Part shown: one piece after another, positions 1 through 8,218 of the stretch
Layout of the letters: each line of letters starts with the position of its first letter
How positions within the stretch are numbered: position 1 is the stretch's first letter
DNA from: a virus
Taxonomy: Duplodnaviria; Caudoviricetes
Reading direction: 5' to 3' (one strand)
Virus record (IMG/VR): IMGVR_UViG_3300017911_001227
Span: 1 to 44,164 of that record
Length of the DNA: 44,164 bases
The notes under the pieces: model-generated
Database searches by the model: none
Told to the model about the DNA's origin: nothing
Seen by the model: only the letters and a program-made list of their open reading frames with translations
Translations under genes and position numbers: made by a program

Positions 1-141
1 TCGAAACAGGGGCAGGCCTTAGTACTGTCTAAGTCCCTATGGCCTAACCAGATTGGGTCGTTGTGGGCCTCGTCCAGCTCTTGCTTTAGTTCACGTAGAG
101 CGTGCATCTGAGCGAGTGTGTAGTTGAACTCAGGGCGTCCA
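1..141. repeat. Terminal direct repeat (copy 1), identical to 44024-44164; circular-assembly overlap
   Basis: TCGAAACAGG...GGGCGTCCA occurs at both window ends. It falls inside a gene (amidase), so it is an assembly overlap and not a biological terminal repeat. Confidence 0.95.
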
Positions 142-398
142 AAGTTATCGACGCCACCGATAAGGCAGATACCGAGAGAGTTCTCGTTATTCCCGCGAAC
201 GTGAGCCCCCATAGTAGTCTCAGGGCGACCCACTTCTACCTCGCCGTTCCTGCGGATGACATAGTGATAACCTATACCACTCCAGCCGCGCTGAACGTGC
301 CACGAGTTTATCTCGGCAGCGCCGATATCCCTTCTAGGGCTAGTGGCTGAACAGTGCACCACTACCGTGTCTATAGGGTCGTTATTTACGATAGGCAT
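1..398 (-). CDS. N-acetylmuramoyl-L-alanine amidase (T7 gp3.5 lysozyme-like), 5' part; continues across the origin to the stop at 43996; not in the ORF track
   Basis: Manual translation from ATG 398: MPIVNNDPIDTVVVHCSAT...GWSGIGYHYVIRRNG..GR....GAHVRGNNENSLGICLIGG...GHRDLDSTKACPCFDV. These are the Zn-amidase motifs of T7 lysozyme, in the position after endonuclease I. Confidence 0.93.
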   Translation of the reverse strand, partial: MPIVNNDPIDTVVVHCSATSPRRDIGAAEINSWHVQRGWSGIGYHYVIRRNGEVEVGRPETTMGAHVRGNNENSLGICLIGGVDNFGRPEFNYTLAQMHALRELKQELDEAHNDPIWLGHRDLDSTKACPCF

Positions 399-874
399 TT
401 GAGTAGCTCCGTGTTTTGAGCGCTGATAACTGCTCGCAGTGCGTCTAAAGCTGCCCGATCCAGAGTTTCACTCAGCCACTCTTCGGGTATGGACCTAGCG
501 GCGTACTGGAAGCCGAAGCGCTCGCACCACTTGGCGTACGTTGTCTTCGACCTTTTACCTATCCGGGTTCCGGTTCGACTGAACACGAAGCGTATATCCA
601 GATCAGGATATTGCTTACGTATAGCCCTGTGCTTCTGCCTGTCGTCAGTATCGAAGTGGCCCTTGGTTTCTATGATGATGCCGTTAGGCAACAGGAAATC
701 AGGGGTATACTTGCAGTCCCTATGAAGTACCCACGGTATGTGGAACTGCTCGTAGACTACAGGTAACCCCTGAGTTTCTAGTTGCTTCGATACGGTATCT
801 TCGAGTCCGGACCTGTAGCCTTTTATGTAGGCTACTTTGGACGCTGTACTATTCGAAGTCGTAGTCGTCATCAT
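386..874 (-). CDS. Endonuclease I / Holliday junction resolvase (T7 gp3-like)
   Basis: Motifs GYRSGLED, YTPDFLLPNGIIIETKG, DIRFVFS and TYAKWCE. Probable start ATG 874/871 overlaps the end of ssb; the ORF-track start at 964 lies well inside ssb. Confidence 0.93.
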   Translation of the reverse strand: MMTTTTSNSTASKVAYIKGYRSGLEDTVSKQLETQGLPVVYEQFHIPWVLHRDCKYTPDFLLPNGIIIETKGHFDTDDRQKHRAIRKQYPDLDIRFVFSRTGTRIGKRSKTTYAKWCERFGFQYAARSIPEEWLSETLDRAALDALRAVISAQNTELLKCLS

Positions 875-1478
875 CGTTAGACGCTTCTGCTTCCTGATCC
901 TGCGCAGCGGTGCTCTCCTGAGCCTCGTCCTCGTAGTCGATGTCCTCTGCGTCTGCGACTGCACCGAAGCCGTACGCCTCAGAAGCTGCGAGTTTGATCA
1001 CTTGGACAGCCTTCAAATATAGCTTAACGCCAACCTCGAATTTAGGGTTGGACCAAGCCTTAGGCTCTACACACACGATAATGGTAGACCCCCCGCGTAC
1101 GTATACGCCCGATTTGATAGGCTTCCCGCGCCCGTCGAAGATAGGCAGAACTTTAGTGTAGTGCTCGCCTTGTTTGTTCTTTCCGCTGGCCCGAGTAGAG
1201 GTTTTCAGGATGTAGTATCCTGTCTCTTCGCCGGTATCTTCGTCCAACTCAGGGACGATAGGCAGATCGTTCAGCTTAGCCCGCTTGCCCTTGCGCTTGC
1301 GCTCTACCTCTTCCTTTTCTGCCAGTTGCAACTCTTCGAGGCGCTCTAGCAGCGGTGTGGCCACTTCTTCTGTAATGCGCAGCTTCGTGTGGAACTCGCC
1401 TTCCTCTTTGAACTTAGTGTCCGGACGGTTCAGGTGAGGCCATACAGCAATACCGCGTACGTTAGTGTTTCTAGCCAT
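849..1478 (-). CDS. ssb: Single-stranded DNA-binding protein (T7 gp2.5-like)
   Basis: WPHLNRPDTKF, GVKLYLKAVQVIKL, acidic tail ending DDDDYDFE; synteny with gp3. Confidence 0.9.
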   Translation of the reverse strand: MARNTNVRGIAVWPHLNRPDTKFKEEGEFHTKLRITEEVATPLLERLEELQLAEKEEVERKRKGKRAKLNDLPIVPELDEDTGEETGYYILKTSTRASGKNKQGEHYTKVLPIFDGRGKPIKSGVYVRGGSTIIVCVEPKAWSNPKFEVGVKLYLKAVQVIKLAASEAYGFGAVADAEDIDYEDEAQESTAAQDQEAEASNDDDDYDFE

Positions 1479-1506
1479 AAGTTTTCCTTTATGTGTTAGG
1501 TCGTAC

Positions 1507-1761
1507 CTATTCGAATAGTTCTAGTTGCGCAGATACATAGCCATTGTCATGGCGTACTAGCTGCTGGAAATACGGAGTGATCCAAGGCAAAGTCAGCATT
1601 AGCAGTTTCAGGCTATCGCTCGATAGCGCGAGTACCACGTTGTCCTGCCCTGTATCGTTATCTGTGACCACTAGAACAACTGAGAGTTCCTCAGAGTACT
1701 CTAGGTGAACCGAGAGCGCTGTCCCGGGGACATAGAGTTTGTTTATAGTAAGATCATTCAA
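1507..1761 (-). CDS. Hypothetical protein
   Basis: 84-aa ORF on the coding strand, coupled to the upstream gene by an ATGA overlap. Confidence 0.6.
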   Translation of the reverse strand: MNDLTINKLYVPGTALSVHLEYSEELSVVLVVTDNDTGQDNVVLALSSDSLKLLMLTLPWITPYFQQLVRHDNGYVSAQLELFE

Positions 1762-2042
1762 TCGGGCACCTCGTCGCGTACGAACGCCTTGAGCGCTTTG
1801 ATGTAGTTATCTCCCGCAGCGCCCTCGGCTTTCAGCATGTTACTCGCCGTAGTCATAAGGTCCTGAGGTGCTATGTGCTTCTCTTCGGTGAGCGCTTTCA
1901 GCACAAGAGCTAGACTTACCGCTAGGTACTCCAGAGGCTCGTCCTGAATAGCGTCGAGGATAGTGAATGCACGCACGGCAGCCCGCTCTCGACTGAGAGA
2001 GGCTAACTCCAACTCTCTATGCCTAGCTCTGCGCTTCGTCAT
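1758..2042 (-). CDS. Hypothetical protein (probable start MTKRR at 2042)
   Basis: Tightly packed ORF in the class II operon; ATG at 2042 overlaps the end of the upstream gene. Confidence 0.65.
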   Translation of the reverse strand: MTKRRARHRELELASLSRERAAVRAFTILDAIQDEPLEYLAVSLALVLKALTEEKHIAPQDLMTTASNMLKAEGAAGDNYIKALKAFVRDEVPD

Positions 2043-2274
2043 CTTGTGTCTTCTTTTTGCGAGGGGCTTTCGGCTTAGGCGGGTTCCTGCGCAGCAGCTC
2101 AGCTTCACCCATAGTCGCCAGAAATTGGCCAATAGCAATCAGGTCGTTAGGCCCTGCGGCTACGTTTATAGCCTTGATATTGAAGCAGGCCTCAGGGTTA
2201 GGATAGGTGGCCGTAACAGTCACATACCCGTTGCCTGTCCCGCCGTTCACTTTGAGGTCGTACGTTTCTTGCAT
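2023..2274 (-). CDS. Hypothetical protein, first gene after the phage promoter
   Basis: Shine-Dalgarno AAAGGA upstream of ATG 2274. Confidence 0.7.
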   Translation of the reverse strand: MQETYDLKVNGGTGNGYVTVTATYPNPEACFNIKAINVAAGPNDLIAIGQFLATMGEAELLRRNPPKPKAPRKKKTQDDEAQS

Positions 2275-2302
2275 GTAGTTTTCCTTTCGATGCAGGGTAC
2301 TG

Positions 2303-2324
2303 TTCCTCTAACGTGGGGTTTTAA
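2303..2324 (-). promoter_or_regulatory. Putative phage RNA polymerase promoter TTAAAACCCCACGTTAGAGGAA
   Basis: 20/22 identical to 10443-10464. It sits right after the RNAP gene terminator, as T7 phi1.1 follows gene 1, and has the T7-like AT-rich / specificity / TAGAGG layout. Confidence 0.8.
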
Positions 2325-2333
2325 GTTTTGACG

Positions 2334-2379
2334 AAAAAAAAACCCCGGGCATATGCCTAAGGCAGGGACGCACCGGGGT
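2334..2379 (-). terminator. Intrinsic terminator after RNA polymerase gene (early terminator-like)
   Basis: Minus strand ACCCCGG...CCGGGG followed by a run of 9 T. Confidence 0.75.
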
Positions 2380-2407
2380 GAATTTCAGTAAGTGTTAGTG
2401 TGCTTAT

Positions 2408-4870
2408 CTACGCGAAGAAATATTGACTATCCAGAACCTCTTCGAGAACTAAGTCTCCGCTCTCAGGGACAGGCGGCAGCTCGATGCCCAGTTGACCCTC
2501 TAGGCTGGCCTTAAAGTCTTCTAGCCAGTTCTTCTCGCTGTACATCTGCACGAACGCTTCACGGATACCGTAGCTAAGCCTCTCAGTGTCGCAAGCGTGC
2601 GTAGCGTAGCTATCGTGTACCATGCTGAAGTGCATAGAGGGGTCAATGTCAATCAGGTGCTCTACTGTACGCATCATGTGCGCAGCGTCTAGCGCGTGAA
2701 TGAAGTTAGGCGCGATAGAGAATGACATTTTGCGGCTGTGTATCTTAGGCGTTGTGCCGTCCGCTATTGTCACTCTCAGCCTGTTACCTACCGCGTTCAA
2801 CTCTACAGATGTAAGGTTAGGTTTGCGGTAGTCCTGCACCAGCAGGAAGCCTGAAGGCGTCGTCCAGTGTATCCCTGAGCCTTCCACAGATACTATCCTA
2901 GCGCACTCTTGAAGCCACGCCATGGCCTTCTGTGCGGCTACTACTACCTGCCCTGTAGCGTTCCAGACTATCTCACCTAGGTAGCGTGCAGCGTTGTACG
3001 GCTCATTAAATGGGCAAAGTTTATCGCGCTGTAGAGGCCTCAGAGTGTCCTCCATGATCTGGTCTGCGAAGCCTTGGCGCGTGGCCCCGTACGGTAGGGT
3101 CATCACGTTTCGCTTTACAGTCTTACGCTTCATGAGCGGTAACCACGCTTGGGCTGTAGGCTCACCGCGCTGCGCTCTCACTTTCAGCTCGGCCACTGTA
3201 GCGCCCAGAACCCTACTGTACAGGTCCTGAGGCTTGTCGGCAGGCGTAAGGTTCACCGCTGAGCCACCTATAGGGTCCTTCAAGAGCGCTGAAAGGTGTT
3301 GCAATCCATTACAAGACCCGTCTAGGGCGACTGGAAGGTGAGAAACGTAGTCGTCCCCGCACTCACGCGCCCCTGCCCACTCGAAGCAGAACGCTAGGAA
3401 CTGGAAAGGCTTGTCCGCCTCCATCCAGAACCGCTCAGCGAATGGCTCCGCTGCTGCTGCGAGTATCCTAGGCTCATTGGTGAGGACCCACTCCACACGC
3501 TCGTCAAGGCTGATCTTGTCTTCGCCGTGAGTGTTAGCCCCGTGTACAGCCAGCCAGTACCCGCCCTCAGTGCCTAACGGCTTACCTGTGCCGAATAGCA
3601 GGAGACCCTTGCTAAGGTCGTCCCCTTGCGGTTTCAGGAACTTAGGCTTGTCGTAGCAACGCCCACGGAAGTCTAGGTGCTTCGGGAAGTATATTTTCTC
3701 GAAGTCCTTGTGACGCTCGGCAACCTCTATAGTCTTCGTGACTGCTAAGATTTTGCCCTTGAGCGCGTTGTTCCTGAGGTGTGCTTCCCGGGCCGCTAAT
3801 TTGTATGCGTTGCGAGCCTCTTCATTAGTAGCGATGTCGTGCGGCTTTGTAGGTAGCGGCTCCAGCTCCATGGGAGGGAGTGACTCACAACTTATACCCG
3901 CTTCACGCATACGCTGCACCACGTCCAGTACACGCTTGTTAATTTTATACGGGACTTTCTGTAGGTAATTGAGCGAGTCAAACACTCTCGGCATCTCTGT
4001 TCGGTCGGCATTTTTAATGCCATTAGTGGCATGTCTCGCCACTACCATGCGGTTACTCGTGAGAGAATAGTACCCACCTACACGTGTATCCTCCCAATCG
4101 AGGGGAGGGGCTATCATAGGGCTCAGGTTAGGCGATAGGTCAGCCAATAGGTTATCCATAGAGGTAATCTGCTGGAAGAACTGGTCACTAATCTCGTAGA
4201 GTTTCTGAGCGCGTCTCTTGCGGGTCTCTACCCGCGATGTGACTATACCCAAGGTCTCCATTGCGGCCAGAAGGAACACGCCTAAGCGCACCTTTTCCTG
4301 AGTGCCCATAGGGTCAGCCTCAGGGCCTACCATTTTCCTGTACTTCTCTAGGATGTCTGTGCTACGGTTCACCGCCCCGTGAGCCCTAGCGTTACACCGG
4401 AGGACGATTGCCTTGAACATCCCCGGGTCGGCTTTGCGCAACTGAGTAGCCGCGTACTCCCGAGCGATAGCATCGCCTATGCCGAACCCTAGCTTAGCGT
4501 GCGTAGCGTCCTTGGCTCCGCTCGAAGCTGTAAGGTCAGTCATTACTGTTAGTGCGATAGCCGCCGTAGCGGTAGGCTTTAAGAGTTTCAGGGTGCGTAT
4601 CTCCGGGGGCTTCCGGCGCACCTTTCCGTCTTCCAGTCTGGCTATTTCGTCCACAATGAGGTCAGCTAGGGGCTGGATCATCATACTGATCACCGAGCGA
4701 GCGCCTTGTGTGTAGCTGGCCCGGCCTACACCGCGTGCTTTACTGTTGCTGGCCAGATACCGTGCGCGTCCAGCATCCGCCATGTCTCTCTCATGGTTAA
4801 GTTCCATGATCATTTCTTCTTCAGTCACATTTTGTGACCTCAAGTCTGAGCTTGTCAATTCAGTCTCCAT
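2408..4870 (-). CDS. Single-subunit DNA-directed RNA polymerase (T7 gp1-like)
   Basis: Motifs DFRGR, PVALDGSCNGLQH, RKTVKRNVMTLPYG, APNFIHALDAAH and VHDS. ATG 4870 is preferred over GTG 4903. Confidence 0.98.
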   Translation of the reverse strand: METELTSSDLRSQNVTEEEMIMELNHERDMADAGRARYLASNSKARGVGRASYTQGARSVISMMIQPLADLIVDEIARLEDGKVRRKPPEIRTLKLLKPTATAAIALTVMTDLTASSGAKDATHAKLGFGIGDAIAREYAATQLRKADPGMFKAIVLRCNARAHGAVNRSTDILEKYRKMVGPEADPMGTQEKVRLGVFLLAAMETLGIVTSRVETRKRRAQKLYEISDQFFQQITSMDNLLADLSPNLSPMIAPPLDWEDTRVGGYYSLTSNRMVVARHATNGIKNADRTEMPRVFDSLNYLQKVPYKINKRVLDVVQRMREAGISCESLPPMELEPLPTKPHDIATNEEARNAYKLAAREAHLRNNALKGKILAVTKTIEVAERHKDFEKIYFPKHLDFRGRCYDKPKFLKPQGDDLSKGLLLFGTGKPLGTEGGYWLAVHGANTHGEDKISLDERVEWVLTNEPRILAAAAEPFAERFWMEADKPFQFLAFCFEWAGARECGDDYVSHLPVALDGSCNGLQHLSALLKDPIGGSAVNLTPADKPQDLYSRVLGATVAELKVRAQRGEPTAQAWLPLMKRKTVKRNVMTLPYGATRQGFADQIMEDTLRPLQRDKLCPFNEPYNAARYLGEIVWNATGQVVVAAQKAMAWLQECARIVSVEGSGIHWTTPSGFLLVQDYRKPNLTSVELNAVGNRLRVTIADGTTPKIHSRKMSFSIAPNFIHALDAAHMMRTVEHLIDIDPSMHFSMVHDSYATHACDTERLSYGIREAFVQMYSEKNWLEDFKASLEGQLGIELPPVPESGDLVLEEVLDSQYFFA

Positions 4871-5030
4871 TACGTGTATGTGTGTTGTGTGTTCTCGCAC
4901 CACCGCCCGCGCCCATTCTCTTGCTTTAGAAAGAATGGTTATAATGTCGTATATACGTATAATACCGTATATGCCTGTTGCACCTACAGAACCCGCATAA
5001 ATACGTGCGAGGGTGCATATTTTTATTATG

Positions 5031-5072
5031 GGATTTTGAATCCGTCGTGTATACCAATTTCACCAGAGAGGC
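5031..5072 (-). other. attP core: 5' half of a tRNA-Leu(CAA)
   Basis: Minus strand GCCTCTC-TG-GTGAAATTGGTATACAC-G-ACGGA-TTCAAAA-TCC gives acceptor 5' strand, D arm and anticodon arm (CAA). The match breaks after the anticodon loop and no T arm follows. It lies directly downstream of the integrase. Confidence 0.85.
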
Positions 5073-5092
5073 CCTTATTGTTTCCCTGTGCC

Positions 5093-5149
5093 GTGCCACC
5101 GTGTGGCGCTGAGTGCCACTAAGCGCACCACCTGTACCACTCGTGCCAC
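5093..5149. repeat. Cluster of GTGCCAC-like heptamers; putative integrase arm-type sites
   Basis: GTGCCAC at 5093, 5113 and 5143; GTACCAC at 5134; GCACCAC at 5125; all between int and the att core. Confidence 0.55.
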
Positions 5150-5175
5150 TAATATAGTCCTCATGTATGTGTAGA

Positions 5176-5222
5176 GAAAAGCCCCCGGCACAATATCCCT
5201 GTGGATAACGCGCCGGAGGCTC
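5176..5222 (-). terminator. Hairpin/terminator downstream of integrase
   Basis: Minus strand GAGCCTCCGGC...GCCGGGGGC followed by TTTTCTCT. Confidence 0.6.
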
Positions 5223-5255
5223 TCTCTTTCACACACATACACCAGAGGTGTTTCG

Positions 5256-6332
5256 TTAAACCTTCGCCTCTAATAGGTCACGTGCAGCGTCCATCTCGAA
5301 GGGGAACAGCTTCACATATCGAAGGGTCATCTTTATATTCTCGTGCCCTAACCATCTCTGTGTCAAGGTTAGGTCCTTAGTAAGGTTGTAAACGCGGCTT
5401 CCACATGTGTGCCGTAAAGCGTAAGGGATGAACCCTTTGTCATCCTCTAGGCCCATGCGAACCTTAGCCCAATCCCAAGCGTGCCGGATTATATCGTTAG
5501 TGGCCCACCCGAACGGCTCAGAAGTCCCGCTGCACTTAGAGTGCTGCCTGTGAAGCGCAATGTTAGCGCGTACAGTTAGCGGTACCGTGCGAGCTTGGCC
5601 GTTCTTTGTTTCGCGAACTGTTAGCCTGCGATCCACTAGGTTTGACATGTGTAAAGCTCGGGCCTCACTAGGGCGCACACCAGTATCCATAAGGAAGGTG
5701 AACAGGTCTTCAAAGTCCTCCCCGGGGCGCGAGCGCAGGGTGTTGCAATCGTACTCCTGCTTGAACAGGCGAATAAGCTCCCCGAACTCTTCATCAGTGA
5801 TCACTCTGTCCCTAGTGTTATCGCCTACTTTAGGCAGATTGAAATGCGGCACGTTCTTGACGGCACCTAGCCTAGAGTAGTGATTGAAGACCTTGGTCAA
5901 GGCGCTCGCTTTGTTGCGAATAGTGGCCGGCTTGAGGTCCCTGTCCTTCAGCTTTGTAATCCAAGCGTTCACTCTCGCTGTTGTTATGTCGTTCAAGGGC
6001 GTGTTCTCCCCGAAGTGGGCACATATCTCCTCGATCTGATATGACCGGGCCTTATCGTTAGCAGTACCAGACCAGTGTTCCTTGTGGACAACCTCAAAGG
6101 CTGTTCTGAGAGGTATACTCCCCGGAGACATTGAGCCTTGTGTGTTACCGCCTGTAAGCTCCCTGTAAGTGGACACGGGGTTACCGGCCATAAGGTCGGC
6201 CCGTACCTGAGCCTCGTACGCTCTAGCGCTATGAATGTCACAGTATACAACTTCACGGTGCCTATGCTTAACACCTGAGCGGGTTACCTGTACGGACACT
6301 TCAAGTCCGTTACCTCTAGGATTTACTGGCAT
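5256..6332 (-). CDS. int: Tyrosine integrase
   Basis: TGVRPSE (R), TKNG (K), YALRHT (HxxR variant), WLGH and MTLRY (catalytic Y); N-terminal arm-binding-like region. Confidence 0.95.
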   Translation of the reverse strand: MPVNPRGNGLEVSVQVTRSGVKHRHREVVYCDIHSARAYEAQVRADLMAGNPVSTYRELTGGNTQGSMSPGSIPLRTAFEVVHKEHWSGTANDKARSYQIEEICAHFGENTPLNDITTARVNAWITKLKDRDLKPATIRNKASALTKVFNHYSRLGAVKNVPHFNLPKVGDNTRDRVITDEEFGELIRLFKQEYDCNTLRSRPGEDFEDLFTFLMDTGVRPSEARALHMSNLVDRRLTVRETKNGQARTVPLTVRANIALHRQHSKCSGTSEPFGWATNDIIRHAWDWAKVRMGLEDDKGFIPYALRHTCGSRVYNLTKDLTLTQRWLGHENIKMTLRYVKLFPFEMDAARDLLEAKV

Positions 6333-6348
6333 GATAGTTCAATCTCCG

Positions 6349-6744
6349 TTAATCTCTGCGTACGTGTTCACAGACCCGCGCTAACAGGCCCCTACCTTTA
6401 ACACTCAAGGCCCACCGGGTGATCCTCAAGTCCACAGGGTCATCCCTGCGCTCTAGTAGCCCTAAGGACTTCCTAGAGTTCTCTGTCCTTGGCTGGCCCA
6501 CTCTGCGACCACCTAAGCGCCTGCCCCCTAGGGCCTGCGTTATGCGGGATATTGTAGGCGAGAACATACCAGTGTTATTTGATATGTCGCTCACACTAGG
6601 GGGCTCCCCGTGGTTCAGTTCGTGCTGTGCCACGTATAGAAACACTGTGGCGTAACTCACAGGCAAATCGTTCTCTATTGCCCTGAAGGAATTTAACACT
6701 AACCGTAACCGACGTATCTCCTCATTATCGCTGCTGTTTTGCAT
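6349..6744 (-). CDS. Winged-helix (MarR-like) transcriptional regulator, putative repressor
   Basis: SVSDISNNTGMFSPTISRITQAL (HTH) and GLLERRDDPVDLR..ALSVKGR (MarR wing); immediately upstream of int. Confidence 0.8.
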   Translation of the reverse strand: MQNSSDNEEIRRLRLVLNSFRAIENDLPVSYATVFLYVAQHELNHGEPPSVSDISNNTGMFSPTISRITQALGGRRLGGRRVGQPRTENSRKSLGLLERRDDPVDLRITRWALSVKGRGLLARVCEHVRRD

Positions 6745-6851
6745 CCCGTTGTTACCTTGTACCTATCAAAGCTATGTGTGTTTTTATATACGTATTAACG
6801 CTTATTAACGCACGGTAACATCATAAAAGTTAATTTACAAGGTCGATGCTA

Positions 6852-6888
6852 ATACCCAAAAAACCCCCCGGGGATTGCCCGGAGGGGT
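6852..6888 (-). terminator. Intrinsic terminator, exact 37-bp duplicate of 7185-7221
   Basis: ACCCCTCCGGGCAATCCCCGGGGGGTTTTTTGGGTAT on the minus strand. Confidence 0.8.
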
Positions 6889-6898
6889 AAGTGGAGGT

Positions 6899-7129
6899 TT
6901 AACCAAAAGTGACTTCTTCGCCGTAATTCGGCTTGCGTACGTGCAGAGACCAGTAAGGCTCCGCATATTGTTTATCCTTTGAAAGCGCCTTGTAGCCGCG
7001 CATCCCAATGGTAGCTGCCTGCGCTTGTGTGTGCGCGAAGCGTTGCTCTAACAGGTCATCCCCGTCATAGAAACGTACCTCAAAGATAGGCTTAGGGTTC
7101 ATAGGATCGTACAGGTTATTAGTTCGCAT
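6899..7129 (-). CDS. Small early hypothetical protein
   Basis: SD AAAGGA upstream; bracketed by the duplicated terminators. Confidence 0.7.
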   Translation of the reverse strand: MRTNNLYDPMNPKPIFEVRFYDGDDLLEQRFAHTQAQAATIGMRGYKALSKDKQYAEPYWSLHVRKPNYGEEVTFG

Positions 7130-7184
7130 GTTTCTTCTTCCTTTATGAAGTGCTGTGTGCGTGTGTTAAATGTGGATAGTCCAC

Positions 7185-7221
7185 ATACCCAAAAAACCCC
7201 CCGGGGATTGCCCGGAGGGGT
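7185..7221 (-). terminator. Intrinsic terminator, exact duplicate of 6852-6888
   Basis: Same hairpin plus T6 tract. Confidence 0.8.
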
Positions 7222-7229
7222 TAATTAGG

Positions 7230-8102
7230 TCAGACACTAGAGGTAGTCTTGATGTTATCGTTAAGCGCGTGCATCGTGGGCTTTACTTCCTGCGGCTTAC
7301 GGGTCCGAGCGCTTGAGGGTCGTTTCCTGCGGCGCTTGGCCTGACTTGCAGCAAGTGCAGCTTCACGCGACCGTATGGCCATTGCGTGTGTGCCAATAAA
7401 CGCTATCACGATAGCCAGTGCCACAAGAACGGCAACACTAGCAGAAACAGCCTTAGGGAGTAGCCTAGGGGCCGCAGGTGGGACCCATGCCCGCCCATAT
7501 TCCCTAAGTTCCTTGAGGTCGTCCAGAGCTCTCTCTCTGTCCCTTATCAAAGGATCAGCTAGCGCATTGTAGACCATAAGGTCAGAGGTGCGCGTCTCAG
7601 GACACCAGCACGCCCTTTCAGGCATTTGCGGGATGTGTGCTAGGGCATGTTCAGCATTAGCCAGCCTGCCAGTAGCGTCCTGAGTTGTCTGAGAGATATA
7701 CGCTTCATGCGCCTCTAGTTCACTGGCGACTTTCTCGGCTCCGTAGTTCTTTTCGAACTGCCAGAAAGCCCTAGTGTTTCCCGCACCGTCCACCAAGGCG
7801 AGCCCTAGTGTTGCCACAAACAACAACGCAGCGGTGGCGTGTTGCTTATGGTGCGCCGCGTGAACTAGAGGCCCAGTAACCGCAGCGGCAGCGAGCGGGA
7901 CCCCTAGGAAAACACTGGCCAGCCCAAAGGCTAAGAACTTGCTGATTGCCCAGAAGGTAAACAGCCAGCCAATAGCCCCGAAAGCAGCGAATAGCAACGC
8001 CACGATCCACAGAATGGACAGCGTGGCGCTATAGGTGTGCGCGTCTATTGTGAGAGGTTTCTTTCTCACAGCAGAACCGCGCTTCCTGCCTTTATTAGAC
8101 AT
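7230..8102 (-). CDS. Early multi-pass membrane protein (about 4 TM segments with a soluble coiled region)
   Basis: Hydrophobic segments near the N-terminus and one near the C-terminus. The likely start is ATG 8102 (MSNK) after AAGAGAG; the ORF-track extension overlaps the ribozyme. Confidence 0.75.
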   Translation of the reverse strand: MSNKGRKRGSAVRKKPLTIDAHTYSATLSILWIVALLFAAFGAIGWLFTFWAISKFLAFGLASVFLGVPLAAAAVTGPLVHAAHHKQHATAALLFVATLGLALVDGAGNTRAFWQFEKNYGAEKVASELEAHEAYISQTTQDATGRLANAEHALAHIPQMPERACWCPETRTSDLMVYNALADPLIRDRERALDDLKELREYGRAWVPPAAPRLLPKAVSASVAVLVALAIVIAFIGTHAMAIRSREAALAASQAKRRRKRPSSARTRKPQEVKPTMHALNDNIKTTSSV

Positions 8103-8135
8103 TGTTTTTACTCTCTTTTTGTGTGTGTGTAAGTG

Positions 8136-8217
8136 TAGCCTAGTCATCATCAGTACCCATTCGGCTAGTCATGGGTAGACTATGAGAGGACCCTAAGGCC
8201 CCCTCACAGTTTCGACT
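8136..8217 (-). ncRNA. Type II hammerhead ribozyme (copy 3 in transcription order); predicted cleavage GUC^ between 8178 and 8177
   Basis: AGUC-GAA-[14-bp stem III ACUGUGAGGGGGCC/GGUCCUCUCAUAGU]-C^-[stem I UACCCAU/AUGGGUA]-CUGAUGA-U-GACU. Stem II is GACU/AGUC; loop-I UAGCC pairs with the 3' tail GGCUA. Confidence 0.92.
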
Positions 8218-8218
8218 T

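Noticed and set aside
1-141. 141-bp terminal repeat as a biological DTR
   Set aside because: It lies mid-gene in the amidase and looks like an assembler k-mer overlap; the real ends are expected near 9.7-10.5 kb.
5031-5072. Functional phage tRNA gene
   Set aside because: The anticodon stem is incomplete on the 3' side, and there is no variable arm, T arm or acceptor 3' strand.
6795-6808. CtrA box
   Set aside because: Spacing is TTAA-N6-TTAA, not the canonical N7.
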